A DNA stretch of 64,000 bases from Elusimicrobiota bacterium (GTDB lineage: Bacteria; Elusimicrobiota; Elusimicrobia; UBA1565; UBA9628): positions 10,839-74,838 of the forward strand of contig DATLSD010000006.1 of the NCBI GenBank assembly GCA_035534315.1, in the 5' to 3' direction. Position 1 is the first letter of the stretch. Each line of letters opens with the position of its first letter. A program made the translations under genes and the position numbers. The notes under the pieces were generated by a model. The model did no database searches. It saw nothing but the letters and a program-made list of their open reading frames with translations, and was not told the DNA's origin. Shown here in pieces: positions 31,353-42,032 of the stretch.

Positions 31353-32669
31353 TTGGGAAACAAGCAGAAAAGTAGAATAAAACCCATGGTCGTGCTCAGC
31401 GCGCTTCTCCTGGCCCTTTGCCCCTGCGCCCGCGCCGCGAACAACGCACGGGAGCTTTCCGCCCTCTTCGCGAAAGAGAGCTTCAAGCGGGAAATCGTCA
31501 AGCCCCCGCTGGGCCTCTTGCGGCACGAGTACATCGTGCCTGACGGGCCCTACTTCCAGCTTTTCGACTGGGACATGTATTTTATGGGAACGGCCTTGAG
31601 CTACGACAAGGTCTCCAAGCCCGTCATGGGCTCGGTCGAGGACTTCCTGGACTTTGTGGACGAGTTCGCCGCCTGGACGGGCTACGCGCCGCGCGAAATC
31701 GCGCCCGACGCGCTCTGGGCCTTGCCCGAGATGTGCAAGCCCTTCCTGGCCCAGGCGGCGCTGCGGGCCTCGCTCACTTCAGGGAATTTCACTTGGCTTC
31801 TGGGCTCGGACTCGCCGCCGTCTAAATCCCTCGACTATCTCAAGCTCCAGCATTACGAGCGCCCGGACGAGGGCCCGCGCATTTCCTTCTACCAAAAACT
31901 CAAGGACACGCTTTCCTTTTGGGAGAACAACCGCCGCGCGAAAGACGGGCTCTTCGTCTGGTACAACGGGGTGGAAAGCGGCGCGGACAACAACCCCGCG
32001 GTCTCGGACGAGCCCTCGCAGATTACCGAGGGCGTCGACTTGCAGTGCTACATCTACCGCGAGTACCTGGCCCTGGCATTTCTGGCGCACAAGCTCGGAC
32101 GCGCGCAGGATGCCGCGCTCTACCGGCACAAAGCTCAGGCGCTCAGGGCGCTTATCCAAAAGCGCATGTGGTCCGAAAAGGACGGGACCTTCTGGAACAT
32201 CGACAGCCGGACCGGCGCCTTCGTCAAGATCAAGACCTGGACCAATTTCGTCCCGCTCTGGGCCAAGGTCGCGACGCCCGCCCAGGCCAAACGCATGATC
32301 AAAGAGCATCTCTTGAATCCGGCCGAGTTCTGGTCACCCAACGGCATCAGGAGCCTGGCCAAGGACGAGGCGCTCTACGACGCGCGCGCGGGCTACTGGC
32401 AAGGCCCGGTGTGGATTCTCGCCAACTACCTCATGATGCACGGCCTTTTAAACTACGGCTACGACTCCCAAGCTCGGCAGCTCGCGCGCAAGACCCAGCG
32501 GCTGCTGGTCGCGGACATCAAGGCCAGCGGCGGGATGAACGAGAACTACGACCCGGAGACCGGCGCGCCCGACGCCAGCGGGCACTTCGTGAGCTGGAAC
32601 CTGCTGGCCCAGCACATGGCGCAGGAAGCCGCCTCGGGCCAAGACCCGACCGCGATTCCCGCCTGGTAG
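31353..32669 (+). CDS. Secreted six-hairpin glycoside hydrolase, trehalase (GH37)-like
   Basis: FQLFDWDMYFMG and YWQGPVWILANYL resemble trehalase signatures. A signal peptide follows a likely internal start at about 31386 (MVVLSALLLALCPCARA). Confidence 0.5.
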   Translation: MGNKQKSRIKPMVVLSALLLALCPCARAANNARELSALFAKESFKREIVKPPLGLLRHEYIVPDGPYFQLFDWDMYFMGTALSYDKVSKPVMGSVEDFLDFVDEFAAWTGYAPREIAPDALWALPEMCKPFLAQAALRASLTSGNFTWLLGSDSPPSKSLDYLKLQHYERPDEGPRISFYQKLKDTLSFWENNRRAKDGLFVWYNGVESGADNNPAVSDEPSQITEGVDLQCYIYREYLALAFLAHKLGRAQDAALYRHKAQALRALIQKRMWSEKDGTFWNIDSRTGAFVKIKTWTNFVPLWAKVATPAQAKRMIKEHLLNPAEFWSPNGIRSLAKDEALYDARAGYWQGPVWILANYLMMHGLLNYGYDSQARQLARKTQRLLVADIKASGGMNENYDPETGAPDASGHFVSWNLLAQHMAQEAASGQDPTAIPAW

Positions 32670-32732
32670 CCGCCCGGCCGCAAAATAAGTTAAATTCACA
32701 GGCAGTCAGTTCGTCACCCAAGGAGACTTCGC

Positions 32733-32897
32733 ATGGCTATCGTGGAATTCGGAGAGTTCAAAGGCAACAAGATGATCGTCCTCAAGCGCACCGAGGAGGA
32801 CAAGTACCCCTTTCAGTTCGGCCTCGGCAAGGCCTCGCTCATCCTCGAGCACATCGAGGACATCCGCAAGTTCGTCGCGGACAACCAGAAAGCCTAA
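32733..32897 (+). CDS. PC4/p15-like ssDNA-binding small protein (54 aa)
   Basis: Hand translation gives MAIVEFGEFKGNKMIVLKRTEEDKYPFQFGLGKASLILEHIEDIRKFVADNQKA. An AAGGAG RBS precedes it. The FKG...DIR...GLGKASL pattern resembles the bacterial PC4 fold. Below the ORF-track cutoff. Confidence 0.4.
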   Translation: MAIVEFGEFKGNKMIVLKRTEEDKYPFQFGLGKASLILEHIEDIRKFVADNQKA

Positions 32898-35059
32898 AAG
32901 CGCAGCCGGACGCCGCCGCCCCCGCCGTAGGCCGAGTCCCATTGGCCGACGAGCGAGACGTCCTGGCTCGCCGCAAACGCCAGGCCGAGGCGGTTCTCCC
33001 ACCGATCGTGGGTGTCGTATTCGGCTTCCCCGAAAGCGGAGAGCCGCGGCGTGAGTTGGAAGGATTTCTTCAGATTAGCCCTGGCCCCGCCGTCCGAATC
33101 CAGCCATAGGCGGGACTCGATCAAGAACGGAAGCAGGCAGCGGACGCCCGCCACCCCCCGCGCGACGGACGCCTCGTTCCTGCTTTTTTCCGCGTCCGCC
33201 CCGGCAAAGACGGTGAAGAAGGCGTTGATGTAGCGGTTATAAGTGGGCACGACCTCCCAGCGGCGCGACGCGGAGGGCAGCCATCCCGCCTCCCAGTCGG
33301 TCCTGAAAATATTCCTGGTGTCCGCCAAGAAGACCGAGCCCTGGGTCATGTCGCTCAGCGCGTCCGCGCGCCCGTAGAAATAGAACGGATCGCGGTAGAG
33401 CTTCGGGCGGACCGCGGCCAGCGCCGGAGAAAGCCGGTAGCCCGCGTAGTGGACGACCCGGGCCATGCCGCTTTCCATGTGATAGAGGATGTGGCAGTGG
33501 AAAAACCAGTCGCCCTTGGCGTCGGGCAGGAACTCGATGACGACCGTGGACATGGGCGGCACGTCCACCGTGTGCTTGAGCGGCGAGTAGCGCCCCTGGC
33601 CGTTCAAGACCCGGAAAAAGTGGCCGTGCAGATGCATGGGATGGCTCATCATGGTCCGGTTGATGAGGATAAAGCGCGTCACTTCTCCCTCGCGCACGCG
33701 GATGGACCGGCTCTCCGCCAAAACTTTGCCGTTGATCATCCAGACGTAGCGGCGCATGTCGCCGTCGAGCGTAAGGCGGTAGGTACGCGCGGGCCCCGCG
33801 GGAAACGCCGTCGGCCGGACGGATTTAAGCCGCGCGTAGGGAGGGCCCGGGCGCGCGTCCGCGCCCATGCTTCCCGTGTTCATGCCCGACATAGTCATCC
33901 CCGACATGCCGCCCTTATCCATGCCCGCCGTCATGGTCGGCTTGTCGAACTGGCCCTCGGCCACGGCTTTGTCGCTCATGCCCATCGCGCCCGCGGGCGT
34001 CAACGCGAACACGCGCGCGAAAGAAATTTTTCCCGGCATCATCTTGTAGAGATCGGGCTTGGGAACCTCGGGCGCCGGATGCGGAGGGCCTTGGCCGAGC
34101 CAAATGGAGGCATGGCCCGAGCCGTCCTGGGCGGTGGCCCTGAGCTCGTAGCTGCCGCCGGGCGGAACCTTGACGAGCACGTCGTAGGTCTCGGCAATTG
34201 CGATCAGGAAGCGGTTTTCCTTATCCGGCTCGACGTCCTGCCCGTCCGCCGCGATGATGGTCATCGGCCCGCCGGCGAACTGGAGGAAAAAAAATGTGGA
34301 CGCGGACGCGTCGATGAGGCGCAGGCGGACCAAGTCGCCGGTCTTGGCCGCGACGCGGATTTGCGGAGCGCCGTTGGCGAGAAACAGGTTGTAGTAGACG
34401 TCCGAAACGTCCATGGGCGGCATGCGCAGCAGTTCGCGCTTAAGATAATCGGAAAGCTCGCCTCTTTTGAGCGCGCCCCAAAGGCTCTGGGCGTTTTTCT
34501 TCCGGATGGAAAACCAATCGCTGCCGCGCTTAAGCGCGCTGAGGATTTTCCTGGGATTTTCGTCCGTCCAGTCGGAAAGCACGACGGCCTTGTCCACGTC
34601 GGGGTGGTAGCGCGGCTTCGCGCCCGGCCCCGGCGCTATCACGATGGCGCCGTAGAGTCCGCGCTGCTCCTGAAACCCGCTGTGCGAATGGTAAAAATAC
34701 GTGCCCGACTGCTTGACGTTAAAGGTGTAGACAAACGTCGCGCCCGGCTTGATGGGAGCGTAGGTCACGTAGGGAACGCCGTCCATGGCATTGGGGACGA
34801 GCATCCCGTGCCAATGCAGGGAGGTAGGCGCGGGCAAATCGTTATGGACGCGGATAACGGCCGTGTCGCCTTCCTGAAAATAGAGCGTGGGGCCCGGAAT
34901 CGTCCCGTTGATCGCCAAGGCGGCGGCCGTTTTGCCGGTGAAATCGACTTTTTTCCCGCCGATGCTGAGATCGTAGGTCACGGTCTTGGCGCGCAGCGGG
35001 ACGCCGGGCGCGAAAAGGCAGGCAAGAACGCCCCACAAAAACGCCCGTTTTATCTTCAT
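32894..35059 (-). CDS. copA: Multicopper oxidase (CopA-like) with Met-rich segment and a C-terminal CopB-like outer-membrane barrel extension
   Basis: 721 aa with HWHG, HSHS and HCHILYH copper sites. A Met-rich run (GMSGMTMSGMNTGSMG) precedes a ~250-aa C-terminal extension ending ...GGGVRLRF. Confidence 0.75.
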   Translation of the reverse strand: MKIKRAFLWGVLACLFAPGVPLRAKTVTYDLSIGGKKVDFTGKTAAALAINGTIPGPTLYFQEGDTAVIRVHNDLPAPTSLHWHGMLVPNAMDGVPYVTYAPIKPGATFVYTFNVKQSGTYFYHSHSGFQEQRGLYGAIVIAPGPGAKPRYHPDVDKAVVLSDWTDENPRKILSALKRGSDWFSIRKKNAQSLWGALKRGELSDYLKRELLRMPPMDVSDVYYNLFLANGAPQIRVAAKTGDLVRLRLIDASASTFFFLQFAGGPMTIIAADGQDVEPDKENRFLIAIAETYDVLVKVPPGGSYELRATAQDGSGHASIWLGQGPPHPAPEVPKPDLYKMMPGKISFARVFALTPAGAMGMSDKAVAEGQFDKPTMTAGMDKGGMSGMTMSGMNTGSMGADARPGPPYARLKSVRPTAFPAGPARTYRLTLDGDMRRYVWMINGKVLAESRSIRVREGEVTRFILINRTMMSHPMHLHGHFFRVLNGQGRYSPLKHTVDVPPMSTVVIEFLPDAKGDWFFHCHILYHMESGMARVVHYAGYRLSPALAAVRPKLYRDPFYFYGRADALSDMTQGSVFLADTRNIFRTDWEAGWLPSASRRWEVVPTYNRYINAFFTVFAGADAEKSRNEASVARGVAGVRCLLPFLIESRLWLDSDGGARANLKKSFQLTPRLSAFGEAEYDTHDRWENRLGLAFAASQDVSLVGQWDSAYGGGGGVRLRF

Positions 35060-35093
35060 CGCTTGCCGGCCGAGCCGGCGGGCCCGGAATGAA

Positions 35094-36587
35094 ATGATAT
35101 CATGGGCCGTGCCTTCCTATATATTGGCCTTGGACCAGGGCACCACGGGCAGCGCCGCGGCGGTGATGGACGATGCCGGAGCGGTGCGCGCCCACGCCAA
35201 GCGCGAGTTCCGGCAGATTTTCCCCAAGCCCGGCTGGGTGGAGCACGACCCCGCAGACATCTGGCGCTCGACGCTTGAAGCCGCCGCGCGCGCCCTGGCC
35301 GCGGCCAAGGTTTCCCCGGCGCGCCTGGCCGCCATCGGCATCGCCAACCAGCGCGAAACCACGCTGCTCTGGAACAGGCGCACGGGCGCGCCCGTCCACA
35401 ACGCGATCGTCTGGCAGGACCGGCGCACGGCGGAATTCTGCGCCAAGCTCAAAAAAGCCGGCCATGAGGCGCGCGTGCGCTCGCGCAGCGGCCTGGTCAT
35501 CGACCCCTATTTTTCCGGAACTAAAATCCGCTGGCTCCTGGACCACGTCCCGGGCCTGCGCGCGCGGGCCAAGTCCGGCGCGCTCGCCTTCGGCACGGTT
35601 GATTCCTATCTTCTCTGGCGCCTGACCGGCGGGGCGCTGCACGCCACCGACGCCACCAACGCGTCGCGCACGATGCTCATGAATTTAAAGACCCTCGCGT
35701 GGGACGATGAGCTCTGCGATATTTTGGGCGTGCCGCGCGCGCTGCTGCCGGAGATTTGTCCGACCATCGGGATTTTGGGCCGCACCAAAGGCGTGCCCGG
35801 CCTGCCCGACGGCATCCCCATCGCGGCCATGGCGGGCGATCAGCAGGCCGCGCTCTTTGGCCAGGCGTGCTTTGAGCCCGGCTCGGCCAAATGCACTTTC
35901 GGCACGGGCAGCTTTCTTTTGATGAACGCCGGGGCAAAAGTTCCCCCCGCCATCCCCGGCTGCGTCGCAACCGTGGCCTGGCTCTGGAAGGAGCAGACGA
36001 CGTATGCCCTTGAGGGCTCGGCTTTTATCTGCGGCGCGGCGGTCCAGTGGCTGCGCGACGGCCTGGGCGTCATCGCCTCAAGCGCCGAGGTGGAAGCCTT
36101 GGCCCGCGGCGTGCCGGACGCGGGCGGCGTGCAGTTCGTCCCGGCGCTCACGGGGCTTGGCGCGCCGCACTGGCGGCCCGAGGCGCGCGGGCTCATCACG
36201 GGACTGACGCGGGGCTCGACCAAGGCGCACCTGGCCCGCGCCGTCTTAGAAGGCATGGCCCTGCAGAACGCGGAACTGCTTTCGGCCATGGAAAAGGGCT
36301 TGAAGCGCCGGGTCCGCTCGCTCAAGGTCGACGGCGGCGCCGCGACCGACGATCTGCTGATGCAACTCCAGGCCGACTACTCCGGCGCGCGCTGCGTTCG
36401 GCCCCGCGTCACCGAGACCACCGCCGCGGGGGCGGCCTTCATGGCGGGCCTGGGCGTCGGGCTCTGGAAGACCACCGCCGACATCGAGACGGTTTGGAAA
36501 AAAGATCGGGAATTTGTCCCATCCTGCTCGAAGCCCGAGCGAATCCGGCGCCTGCGTCGCTGGCAGGACGCCGTGGCCAAAGCTTAG
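35094..36587 (+). CDS. glpK: Glycerol kinase
   Basis: ILALDQGTTGS start, FGTGSFLLMN and the FGGY-family layout. The track ORF has an N-terminal extension. Confidence 0.9.
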   Translation: MISWAVPSYILALDQGTTGSAAAVMDDAGAVRAHAKREFRQIFPKPGWVEHDPADIWRSTLEAAARALAAAKVSPARLAAIGIANQRETTLLWNRRTGAPVHNAIVWQDRRTAEFCAKLKKAGHEARVRSRSGLVIDPYFSGTKIRWLLDHVPGLRARAKSGALAFGTVDSYLLWRLTGGALHATDATNASRTMLMNLKTLAWDDELCDILGVPRALLPEICPTIGILGRTKGVPGLPDGIPIAAMAGDQQAALFGQACFEPGSAKCTFGTGSFLLMNAGAKVPPAIPGCVATVAWLWKEQTTYALEGSAFICGAAVQWLRDGLGVIASSAEVEALARGVPDAGGVQFVPALTGLGAPHWRPEARGLITGLTRGSTKAHLARAVLEGMALQNAELLSAMEKGLKRRVRSLKVDGGAATDDLLMQLQADYSGARCVRPRVTETTAAGAAFMAGLGVGLWKTTADIETVWKKDREFVPSCSKPERIRRLRRWQDAVAKA

Positions 36588-36598
36588 CGGACCCGCCC

Positions 36599-38341
36599 TC
36601 AGCGCCCGGACGTTTTAAAGCCCGCGGCCTTCATTGCCCTGATAATTTCGGGGTTCTTCATGAAGGACTCCCACACGTCGCCGCCGGCCAGGTTGGCGGC
36701 CGACAAGAGCGTGATTCCCGCGTCGATGCCGAGCACGTCATTGTTGACGCGGCCGGTCGCGGGGTGAAACGAGTCCGCGAAGCCGTAGCGGCCGTACGTC
36801 TTGGGGTAGCGTTTGCGCATCGCGCGCAGTGCCGCCGAAGATTCTTTTGGCGTGAACATCAGAGACCCCCCCGGCGCCGACGGAACGACCGTGCCGTCGA
36901 TGGGGCCTTCGAGCGGAGGCGCGCCCCACGCCGCGTAGCCGCCCTTGCCGTCGTCGGACGACGTGAGCCCCCATATGTCCTTGGACCATCCCGCGTATTT
37001 TCCCGACGGATCTTGGCCCAATTCGCTCATGACCCGCCTCTGCGCCAGCGTCGCCTTGACCGAATTCTCGAAGTAGTCCAGGCCGCGGCGGTCTTTCTTG
37101 CCGCGGAAATCCACGTAGGCGTGCGAATATTGGTGGATGAACAGGGGCGCTGTTCCCGCGATGAAAGCTTGCCCTCCGGCCCTGACCTCCGGCCTCGCCC
37201 AAGCGTCCCACGCCGAAGCGGGGATGGGCCGCGTGGGAGAGCCCATCGCGAGCAGGCAGAGGACCATGTGCTCGCTGTAGGTGTCCCAGCGCGCGGGGAT
37301 AAAGCCCTGCTCCGGCGTCCATCCCATCGACAAGAGGTTGGGCGAGCCGTTGAGCATCCAGGGGAAATCGACGCGGGCGTAGATCTCGTCGGCCAGCCGG
37401 GAAATCTCGGCGTCGCCGAAGAACTGCTTGGCGGTCATGGCGCCGGCCAGGAGAAGAGCGGTGTCGATGGAGGAGACCTCGCTGTTCCAGGCCCGCGCCC
37501 CGGTCCGAGCGTCGAGAAAATGATAGAACCAGCCGCGCTCCTGGGCGGCATTGGCCGCGAGGAACTTGAGCGTCTTTCTAGCCCGCGCGAGCGCTTTTCG
37601 GCGCGGAATCCAGCCCCGCTTGGCGCCCACGCTCAAAGCGCTGAGGCCAAAGCCGGTCGCCGCGACGCTGGCGGCGCGCCCGGATTTTTTCCGGAGGCCA
37701 AGCCCGCCCGCTCTCGGCGCGCGATCGGCCACGAGGCCGGTTTTTTTGTCCGCCTGCTCCAGAAAATAGCGAAAGCTGCGGCGCGACACATCCTCCAAAA
37801 ATCGCCGGTCGTCCGGCGCCAAGGGCGCGTCGAATTCCGCGGCCGATTGGGCCGCGAGGCTGTCGCCCGAGGCTCCGGGCTTAAGCCACCCGGAAATCCG
37901 CCCCGAGATTTTTCCAAGCCTCCCCAACTCCGCCGCGCGCGGGCCCGCGGGGCGCAAGGACTCCGTCCTCTCCGCCTCCGCCGACACGGCGGAGGCGGCA
38001 TAGGCGGCGGGGACGGCCGCCGCTTCGCTTTGCGCGGGAACGCCGGCGGCTTCGCGCGGATTCTCGGCGGCCGCCGGCGCGGGAATTTGAGGAAGATCGC
38101 GCAAGGGCGCGGCGACTGGAGAGGCAAGGACATTGGGAAAGGCGTCCGTCGGGCCGGTAAAATTCAAGGCCGGCCCCAAATATATTGGCCGCACTTGCAC
38201 GGCTTCCTCGGCAACTCCGAGCGCGTCTTCCGCGGCCGCACGGCAGGGCAAGCGCGAGGCCAGGAGAAATACGCCGGCGGCCGGCAAAGCCGCGGCCACT
38301 CCGCGCAGGGCGCGTCTATCCATCTTTCTCGTCGAGGGCAT
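36599..38341 (-). CDS. Secreted glycoside hydrolase, DUF3131/GH144-like (beta-1,2-glucanase-type fold)
   Basis: 580 aa with a signal peptide and an Ala/Pro-rich linker. The C-terminal 400 aa (WFYHFLDARTGA...SSIDTALLLAG) is reminiscent of DUF3131. Confidence 0.4.
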   Translation of the reverse strand: MPSTRKMDRRALRGVAAALPAAGVFLLASRLPCRAAAEDALGVAEEAVQVRPIYLGPALNFTGPTDAFPNVLASPVAAPLRDLPQIPAPAAAENPREAAGVPAQSEAAAVPAAYAASAVSAEAERTESLRPAGPRAAELGRLGKISGRISGWLKPGASGDSLAAQSAAEFDAPLAPDDRRFLEDVSRRSFRYFLEQADKKTGLVADRAPRAGGLGLRKKSGRAASVAATGFGLSALSVGAKRGWIPRRKALARARKTLKFLAANAAQERGWFYHFLDARTGARAWNSEVSSIDTALLLAGAMTAKQFFGDAEISRLADEIYARVDFPWMLNGSPNLLSMGWTPEQGFIPARWDTYSEHMVLCLLAMGSPTRPIPASAWDAWARPEVRAGGQAFIAGTAPLFIHQYSHAYVDFRGKKDRRGLDYFENSVKATLAQRRVMSELGQDPSGKYAGWSKDIWGLTSSDDGKGGYAAWGAPPLEGPIDGTVVPSAPGGSLMFTPKESSAALRAMRKRYPKTYGRYGFADSFHPATGRVNNDVLGIDAGITLLSAANLAGGDVWESFMKNPEIIRAMKAAGFKTSGR

Positions 38342-38381
38342 CCTTCAGAATGATCATAGCCGGGACGCGGCGGACCAACGG

Positions 38382-39497
38382 CTAAAATCCATCGAAGGCG
38401 TCGGGGCGGATGAGGCCCAGGGCCCGGGCGCCGCCAGCCGAAATATTCCGAGCGGGCGGGCCCGCGACGTCTTGGCCGCCCCGCCAGCGCTTGAAATAGT
38501 TTTCCAAGAGTTTCTCCGCGGGCTTGCCGCGCACTCCTTGGCCCTTGTCTTGCGGCCCCATGGACCGCGAATCAGCCTCCCAGTCCCACAGCCAAAATCC
38601 CGCGCACCACTTGTCCCGGCCGAAGGTGTCCAAGAACGCCTGCAGGTAGGCCTTCTGCACCTGGAGATCCAGCGGGCCGAAATCGCCGAAGTTCCAGGGC
38701 CGGAGATTGGCGCCCTTCTGGCTGGAGATGCCGACTTCGGTGAAGAGCACGGGCTTGCCGTAGGCGGCGCTCATGGCCGCGATCACGGGCTTGTAGGCCT
38801 CCCAGCCCAGGCGCAAAAGCGTCTCGTTGTCGCCGCCCGGCATTGGAAAATAGCCGTCGATGCCGATGTAGTCGAGCTTGTCCCAGAAGGAGACGCGGAT
38901 GAAATTGTAGCTGTTGGCGGCGTAGGTGAGCGGCCCGGGATAGACCGCGCGCACTTCGGCGATGAGGCGCTTCCAGTCGCCGCGGTGGGCGGGGCCGTCC
39001 ACGTGCAGGAGCTCGGTGCCCACCACGAACATGTCCGCGTGGCCTTGGGCGGCCAGCCGCGCGTAGTGCAGAATCATGGCGCGGTAATTGACGAACCAAG
39101 CCGGCGCGTCCTTGGGGTCGATGTCGGAGCGGGGATGCCCGTTTTCCAAATCCACGTGGGGCTTTAGCGCCACCAAGAGCCCCAGGGCCTTGGCCCGGCG
39201 CATCGCGGCGACGACGGACTCATCCGACGGCGAGGCGCGGGTCGGCCCCAGCTTGGAGTCCTTGGCCGAGCCCATGTACCACGTGGGGATGACCGCGGCC
39301 CAGCGCGCGCCGGTTTGGGCCAGGGCCTGCAGGCTTTGTCCGGCAGACGCGCTTTGGTAGCAGTCCGTCTGCCAGCAGGGAAAGTTGAAGCCGTAAATGG
39401 CGGGATGGGACCAGGCCGCGCGCGGCAGGAGCAGGAACAAGGCCGCCGCCATCCCGGCCAGCCATGGCGTTTGCCGGCGCTTCTGCGTTGAATTCAT
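38382..39497 (-). CDS. Secreted TIM-barrel glycoside hydrolase (clan GH-A, GH113/GH5-like)
   Basis: Signal peptide from MNSTQKRRQTPWLAGMAAALFLLL. VLFTEVG is a putative catalytic Glu. Confidence 0.45.
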   Translation of the reverse strand: MNSTQKRRQTPWLAGMAAALFLLLPRAAWSHPAIYGFNFPCWQTDCYQSASAGQSLQALAQTGARWAAVIPTWYMGSAKDSKLGPTRASPSDESVVAAMRRAKALGLLVALKPHVDLENGHPRSDIDPKDAPAWFVNYRAMILHYARLAAQGHADMFVVGTELLHVDGPAHRGDWKRLIAEVRAVYPGPLTYAANSYNFIRVSFWDKLDYIGIDGYFPMPGGDNETLLRLGWEAYKPVIAAMSAAYGKPVLFTEVGISSQKGANLRPWNFGDFGPLDLQVQKAYLQAFLDTFGRDKWCAGFWLWDWEADSRSMGPQDKGQGVRGKPAEKLLENYFKRWRGGQDVAGPPARNISAGGARALGLIRPDAFDGF

Positions 39498-39639
39498 CGC
39501 GCGCTTTTTCCCGCGTCTTCCATCATGTCTCACCATGATCATGGAGCTTTCGGCGGAAGTTGTTATGGGCTTGCCAGGCGCCGCCGCCCAGTCTTTGGGC
39601 CCAGCCGTTTTCAGGCCCTTGGACCCACCGCGAATACGC

Positions 39640-40641
<1,002 letters not shown>

Positions 40642-40801
40642 CTATGCCTTCTTATTATAGACCCTCTTGATGGTAAAGTCGCTCGTCCACACGTAAGCCG
40701 CGGGAAGCTCCGTCTCCCGCGCGGCCGTTTCCGGCGTCGCGTCGTTCATAACCCCTCCTCGATTAAATCACCAGCGCTTCGACGACAAACAATTCGCGCG
40801 C

Positions 40802-41545
40802 TCAGTTCTTGCCGCCCGCCGCGCGGATGACGTGCCCCGTCACCCAGCGCGCGTCGTCCGAAGCCAAAAACGCCACCGCGTCGGCGATGTCCTCCGGCTG
40901 CCCGATGCGCCCAAGCGGCGTGGCCGCGACGATGGCCTTGCGCGACTCCTCGCCGAGAATGGGCCTGGCCATCTCGGTGTCGGTGGCGCCGGGCGCGACC
41001 GCGTTGACCCTCACGCCTCGGGGCCCCAGCTCCGCGGCCCAGACGCGGGTCAGGGCTTCCACCGCGGCCTTGGTGGCCGAGTAGACCGACATCGACGGAT
41101 AGGACGAGTTCGCGGCGACGGAGCTGATGTTGATGACGCTCCCGCCGTCCTTGGAAAAGCGCAGCGCGGCGGCCTGCGTCGCGAAGACGGGCCCGCCGAC
41201 GTTCAAGTCGAACTGCGCCTTCACGTGCTTCTCGTCCACCGCCTCCAGGGGCGCGAACTCCGCGCGGCCCGCGTTGTTGACCAGGATGTCGAGGCGCCCG
41301 AACTCCTTGAACGCGGCCTCGACCGCGGCGCGCGCCTGCGCGGCGTCGCTCATGTCCCCCTTGACCGCGACCGCGCGGCCGCCTTCCTTAATAATGCCCG
41401 CCGCGACCGCCTGGGCCTCCTTGGCCGACTTGGAATAGTTGACCGCCACCGCGGCGCCGTCCTTGGCCAGCCGCCGCGCGATGGCCGCTCCGATGCCGCG
41501 CGCTCCGCCCGTCACCAGCGCCGCCTTGCCTTCGAGTTTCTTCAT
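40802..41545 (-). CDS. Short-chain dehydrogenase/reductase (FabG-like)
   Basis: ALVTGGARGIGAAIA, NNAG and YSATKAA motifs. Confidence 0.85.
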   Translation of the reverse strand: MKKLEGKAALVTGGARGIGAAIARRLAKDGAAVAVNYSKSAKEAQAVAAGIIKEGGRAVAVKGDMSDAAQARAAVEAAFKEFGRLDILVNNAGRAEFAPLEAVDEKHVKAQFDLNVGGPVFATQAAALRFSKDGGSVINISSVAANSSYPSMSVYSATKAAVEALTRVWAAELGPRGVRVNAVAPGATDTEMARPILGEESRKAIVAATPLGRIGQPEDIADAVAFLASDDARWVTGHVIRAAGGKN

Positions 41546-41599
41546 TTTAAGTTCTCCTTGTCTGATACCGAGTTTGTTACAGTTTAGTCCAAAAAAAAT

Positions 41600-42012
41600 T
41601 CAAGCGACCTCCGCCAGCAAATCCTTCACGCTGACTTTCTTTAACTGGGCCTGCGCCGCCCGCTCCGCGCTGGCAAAGGCCTTGCCCAGCGTTTCCTTCA
41701 TGCGGCAGCTGATCGCGCACTTGGGGTTGGGCGGATTCTTATGGACGGCGAAGAGATGCTCCTCGCCCAAAGCCACGGACAAATCCCACAGCGTGATGTC
41801 CTCCGGGCACTTGACCAGCTTGGACCCCCCCGCCTTGCCTTCGTGCGAGACCACGATGCCCGCGCGCGTCAAGGCGGCCAGGATGTGGCGGATGACCACG
41901 GGGTTGGTGTTGACGCTGCCGGCGATGGCCTGGGAAGAAACGAACTCGTCGCACTTCGCGGCCAGCACGGAGACGATGTGCGCGGCGACGGCGACCCGGC
42001 TATTGGCTGCCA
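41600..42012 (-). CDS. Rrf2-family transcriptional regulator
   Basis: wHTH N-terminus (VAVAAHIVSVLA), SSQAIAGSVNTNPVVIRHIL and C-terminal Cys residues (CAISC). Start chosen at the internal Met. Confidence 0.6.
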
Positions 42013-42032
42013 TATCTGTAACTATTGTAGTA

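Noticed and set aside
36047-38353. 768-aa plus-strand ORF spanning the glpK end and the GH gene
   Set aside because: Low-complexity Arg/Gly-rich shadow ORF opposite a well-supported CDS.
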